This document shows, one piece after another, positions 12,654 to 64,000 of a DNA stretch of 64,000 bases. Position 1 is the first letter of the stretch, and each line of letters begins with the position of its first letter. The stretch spans positions 4,154,001-4,218,000 of the forward strand of contig OX597814.1 of assembly GCA_951406725.2 (NCBI GenBank), given 5' to 3'. A model generated the notes under the pieces. That model searched no databases. It saw only the letters and a list, made by a program, of their open reading frames with translations, and was not told the DNA's origin. This DNA is from Octopus vulgaris (taxonomy: Eukaryota). The position numbers were made by a program, and so were the translations under genes.

Positions 12654-13064
12654 ATAGGAGAAGGAAAGATCCAGAGAAGGGAAGACAGAGGAAAAAAATC
12701 GCCAACGATACACACGAGGTCACATATATAATTATAATTAGGGTTCAGGTAATTGCTTTACCACATACCAAATTTAGAAATAGTAGTTAAAATTCCTTTT
12801 CTGCTGCTATAAGAATCTCCATGACGGTAAACATCCTTTTTTACAAAGGCAAAAAGGAAAAGGAATCATGGAGATTCTTACAGTAGCAGAAAAGGGATTT
12901 TTAACTCCTATTTCTAAATTCGGTATGTTATAATCATGTGGATAATTTTTACCTATAAAGGTTATTTTAATGTACCAATATACTTGGTGAAATTGTTAAT
13001 TAATTGATTGATTAATTAATTAATTTAATTATTAAATTTTACCCTTTTATTATTAATCTAAAAT

Positions 13065-13812
<748 letters not shown>

Positions 13813-14833
13813 TTACACTCACACATTAATACAAATATTTGTATATATTTAAATATCATAATTGAATGTGCATGTGTGTGTATGTATGTATGTCACACAC
13901 ACACACATCCAGGGTGGGCCCAAAAGTCACAAAATATAAAAATGCAGTCAGTGCAAACAACAGAAACCACCAGATCATGTCCACAGACAACAAATATGCA
14001 GTCAGACTTCATGATTTTTGGTCCACTCTGTATGTGTGTGTGTGTGTGTGTGTATATATATAGGCATAGATTGTGTGCATGTGCGTGTGTGCATGTGTGT
14101 GTGTGTGTGTGTGTATGCATACATTGTGTGAGTCCATGCCTTTTGTGCTGTGTGCGTTTTTGTTCCCTGTAACTTGAAACGGTTTCTCTACATCTCCGCA
14201 GAATGAATAGAACTTCTTAAAATGACTGAACTCCCTAAATGGATTAATATGGTCCACCAATGAGGGATGGTCACAATCTGAAAGTTTTAAAACAAACTTT
14301 GTAACGAGAAACCTATCTGAAATTGCCAAATTATATACACACACATGCACACACAGAAATGTGCGCATGTGTGTGTGTGCACGCATATAATTAGGTAAAC
14401 ACTATGTGTATAAAAAGGATGAACAGTTGTGTGGATCATGTCCTTCCCAAAGAGATGAAGCAGTGTAAATAAATATTACTTTAGAGAGAGTGCGTGCATA
14501 TGTGTGAGAGACAATGTGCATGTAAATGTTGTGTGTAATGATGTGTTATTGGTGTGTGTGTGTGTGTAATGGAGACGAGTACTGACTCTTCCATGTGGCA
14601 TGCTTAAACAATTGTGAAGATCACTGCACATGAAACCATTGGTTGCCTTGTAAACCTACAAGTAAATAATATTTACCCACCAGCGTGGTATGTATTTATC
14701 AACTCAGTGTTAAATATTAGATTGCGTGTGAGTGTATACATGCGTGTGTATATATATATATACCGGAGTAAACACATAAATGTGAAACAAGGTGGGAAAA
14801 AGAGTACTCAAATACCAGTGGTAGAGTAATATG

Positions 14834-14990
14834 CTTTATTTAAAGCAGCAGAAAATTCAACAAAACCTGTTACTCTGAGTTTCTCGTTGCCATTCATCAG
14901 ACAGTTTTTACTAGAAAAACTGTCTGATGAACGGCAACGAGAAACTCAGAATAACAGATTTTGTTGAATTTTCTGCTGCTTTAAATAAAG
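14834..14990. repeat. ~157-bp palindrome with AATAAA near both outer ends and a hammerhead-like CTGATGA..GAAAC in each arm (Penelope-like remnant)
   Basis: The arms are reverse complements around ~14910; CTGATGAACGGCAACGAGAAACTC at 14924-14947. Confidence 0.7.
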
Positions 14991-15316
14991 TATATATATA
15001 TATATATATACACATATATATATACACACACACACAATGAATATTGTCTCTGTTATTGTACTATTAGTATTGTTTGTGTTGTTGCACTGAGTCAGAGAGG
15101 GTGTATAGTGTTAGTGTGCTGACATTAGCCAGCCTAAAATACTGTGACTTACATAAAAGTTCCCATTTATAAACAACTCTACACATTCGCATTTACAAGC
15201 ACACATACACGTTTGTATACTAAATCAACTGTCTATTGTGGTGTTTATATAGTGCCTATGATAAATAGTGCGTCTAGTCACTGAATGCATGGGTGTATAT
15301 GTGTGTGTGCGTGAAT

Positions 15317-15355
<39 letters not shown>

Positions 15356-15473
15356 GCCTGATGTATTATTAAGCATGTTTCTAGATTAAATATTTGATCA
15401 CCAATTCTCTGCAAAAGGAAACTACACAGGGTCTGTCCCACCATCAGCAGCTGATCTTCCTTGTTGCCGTTGC

Positions 15474-61953
<46,480 letters not shown>

Positions 61954-62296
61954 TCTGGCTTCTGAATACATATTAATTATCCTAACAATCTCCGACACAA
62001 GGAAATATGGAAATATTTCTTTATATCACTCTGTATATCGATATTCGACTCTAAATCTTACAGCAACAGCCTTAACTTGTTACACATGTCCGGACCGAAC
62101 AAGAAACAAGAAGTGACTGCCGTAAACACAAACGTGTGACGACGTCCTAAAAAAATACGAAACTCAGTTAATATATAAAAAAAAAAACATTAAAATATCA
62201 TCGAAATTTATATTTTCGCTTTTAAAAATAACCAATTATTTTATTTTTGTAAATCTGATGCTTAAAACACCTTATATTAAGATGAGTCTTTATAAA
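61954..62296. promoter_or_regulatory. Putative compact bidirectional promoter and 5' UTRs between ITFG1 and PHKB
   Basis: 343 bp between divergent ATGs, free of the SINE/LINE copies seen elsewhere. Contains TATCGATA (DRE-like palindrome, 62036-62043), TGACG/GACGTC (CRE-like, ~62137-62146) and TATAAAA (~62174). Motif function is inferred. Confidence 0.65.
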
Positions 62297-62405
62297 ATGG
62301 AAAATTGCGACGATCGTCTGACACCGAGGGATATTGCAATGGCGGGGATTAAGAGAGAAAATTATGAAGCTACCGTTAAAAAACTGGATACTTATTATTT
62401 TAGAC
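62297..62405 (+). CDS. PHKB: Probable first coding exon of phosphorylase kinase regulatory subunit beta (MENCDDRLTPRDIAMAGIKRENYEATVKKLDTYYFR); the gene continues beyond the window
   Basis: NYEATVKKLDTYY resembles the PHKB N-terminal motif (human ...NETLWDKLDHYYRI..., as recalled). ATG context aaaATGG, perfect donor C|GTAAGT at 62405/62406, divergent from ITFG1 as in human. In-frame alternative ATGs at 62258, 62282 and 62339. Confidence 0.8.
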
Positions 62406-63235
62406 GTAAGTATTTCATTGAAACTTATCTATTCATGACTCTTTTATCTATTGCCTGTGTAAATAGAGCGATTCAATATCTTGTTGTTGAGTATTCCACC
62501 TACTTTCCCACCTGTGTCACGCAAATGTCGTCCTTTTACCTTGACCTTCATATTTTCGTGTCCTCAATTAAATACAGCTGTTTGTTGTTATTGTACACAC
62601 TACGTTAATCTATACACTCTACATTACTATATACACCCTACATTATTATATGCTCTACACTATCATACATTCTACACAAAGGCTTTTATACACACCACGA
62701 TTGTTGGACTGTTGTTGTTGATGATGATGCTGTTTAGCCCTAGGTAAGTCCTGATCATAAGCAAAGGCGTTCTAATCATGACCATCCCGTCTTTTAGACA
62801 GGATATTTCAAATAACATTATTTAACATGACCTTCGTTCTTTTAAGATAGCAAGGTGTGATTTGAGACAGATTTAGCTGTTGTTTTTAGCAGGTCGAACA
62901 ACTGCGTAGAGGCTCCATCGTCATGATGATGATGATGATGATGCTTTGTGTTATTTAACCCCAGATCATCCTTGATCCAGCTGACCTCCATTGAAAGACG
63001 TTCCAGCCATGACCATCTTGTCTTATTTTCAGACATAACGCACACGTAAGAAGACAACATTACCCGAAGTGTTTTATTTTTTAATAAAGGAGATTTGGCT
63101 GCTATTTCTAGGAGATCGAGCGATAACATATAACGTCTCCCCTTGGCCCTGATCGAACAGAGTTTCGATTAAAGACAATCCAACTGTGACCATCATACAG
63201 CATGTCCATTTGTTTTATAACGCAATAGCGTGACG

Positions 63236-63785
63236 CGAGGGAGATTTGACTGTTGTTTCCAGCAGACTGGGCGACCACGTAGAGGTCGACGGAGGGAGAT
63301 TTGACTGTTGTTTCCAGCAGACTGAGCGACCACGTAGAGGTCGACGGAGGGAGATTTGACTGTTGTTTCCAGCAGACTGAGCGACCACGTAGAGGTCGAC
63401 GGAGGGAGATTTGACTGTTGTTTCCAGCAGACTGAGCGACCACATAGAGGTCGACGGAGGGAGATTTGACTGTTGTTTCCAGCAGACTGGGCGACCACAT
63501 AGAGGTCGACGGAGGGAGATTTGACTGTTGTTTCCAGCAGGCTGAGCGACCACGTAGAGGTCGACGGAGGGAGATTTGACTGTTGTTTCCAGCAGACTGA
63601 GCGGCCACGTAGAGGTCGACGGAGGGAGATTTGACTGTCGTTTCCAGCAGACTGAGCGACCACGTAGAGGTCGACGGAGGGAGATTTGACTGTTGTTTCC
63701 AGCAGACTGAGCGACCACGTAGAGGTCGACGGAGGGAGATTTGACTGTTGTTTCCAGCAGACTGAGCGACCACGTAGAGGTCGAC
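63236..63785. repeat. 55-bp tandem repeat, 10 near-identical units
   Basis: Unit GGAGGGAGATTTGACTGTTGTTTCCAGCAGACTGAGCGACCACGTAGAGGTCGAC; period 55 verified from positions 63241, 63296 and 63736. Confidence 0.97.
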
Positions 63786-63916
63786 GATGAAATGAACAAC
63801 GGACAATGGACACAACACAATGGGGGGGGGGGATCTTGGTTCGACCCGTCTTTTCGTACAAATGTGTTTATTGTCTCTGAAATGGTTTATTGTCGCCTTT
63901 CACATTTTCACAAATG

Positions 63917-64000
63917 GTGTATGTGTGTGTGAAGTGTGTGTGTGTGAAGTGTGTGTGTGTGAAGTGTGTGTGTGTGAAGTGTGTGTGTGTGAAGTGTGTG
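63917..64000. repeat. 15-bp repeat GAAGTGTGTGTGTGT running off the window
   Basis: Directly visible. Confidence 0.9.

Noticed and set aside
62406-62608. Remainder of the 116-aa ORF 62258-62608
   Set aside because: Read-through past a perfect GTAAGT donor; the PHKB resemblance stops at the donor.
63108-63861. CRISPR-like array or 200+ aa ORFs
   Set aside because: Contiguous 55-bp tandem units with no unique spacers and no cas genes, in a eukaryotic intron context.

Overview
AT-rich, repeat-dense animal genomic DNA. The SINE/LINE complement looks like an octopus (coleoid cephalopod) genome; this is inferred, not proven. The main feature is a complete 17-exon ITFG1 (TIP/LINKIN) gene on the minus strand (CDS 61953->15474, 1881 nt, 626 aa). 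I assembled it by hand: all introns are GT-AG, all phases match, and the protein ends in the diagnostic ...EAHKFHFDAM*. About 340 bp upstream, on the + strand, lies what appears to be the first coding exon of phosphorylase kinase beta (PHKB). This reproduces the head-to-head ITFG1/PHKB arrangement of human chr16. Introns and flanks contain at least four tRNA-headed SINE families, RTE, CR1, Tx1/L1 and R4/Dong LINE fragments, MITEs, long palindromes and micro/minisatellites. The most unusual observation is a family of short elements that join a tRNA-like Pol III head to a Penelope-type minimal hammerhead ribozyme motif. A second, unrelated hammerhead motif lies sense to ITFG1 in its possible 3' UTR. 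Most entries in the ORF track are repeat artefacts. Repeat boundaries are approximate; exon boundaries were read base by base.
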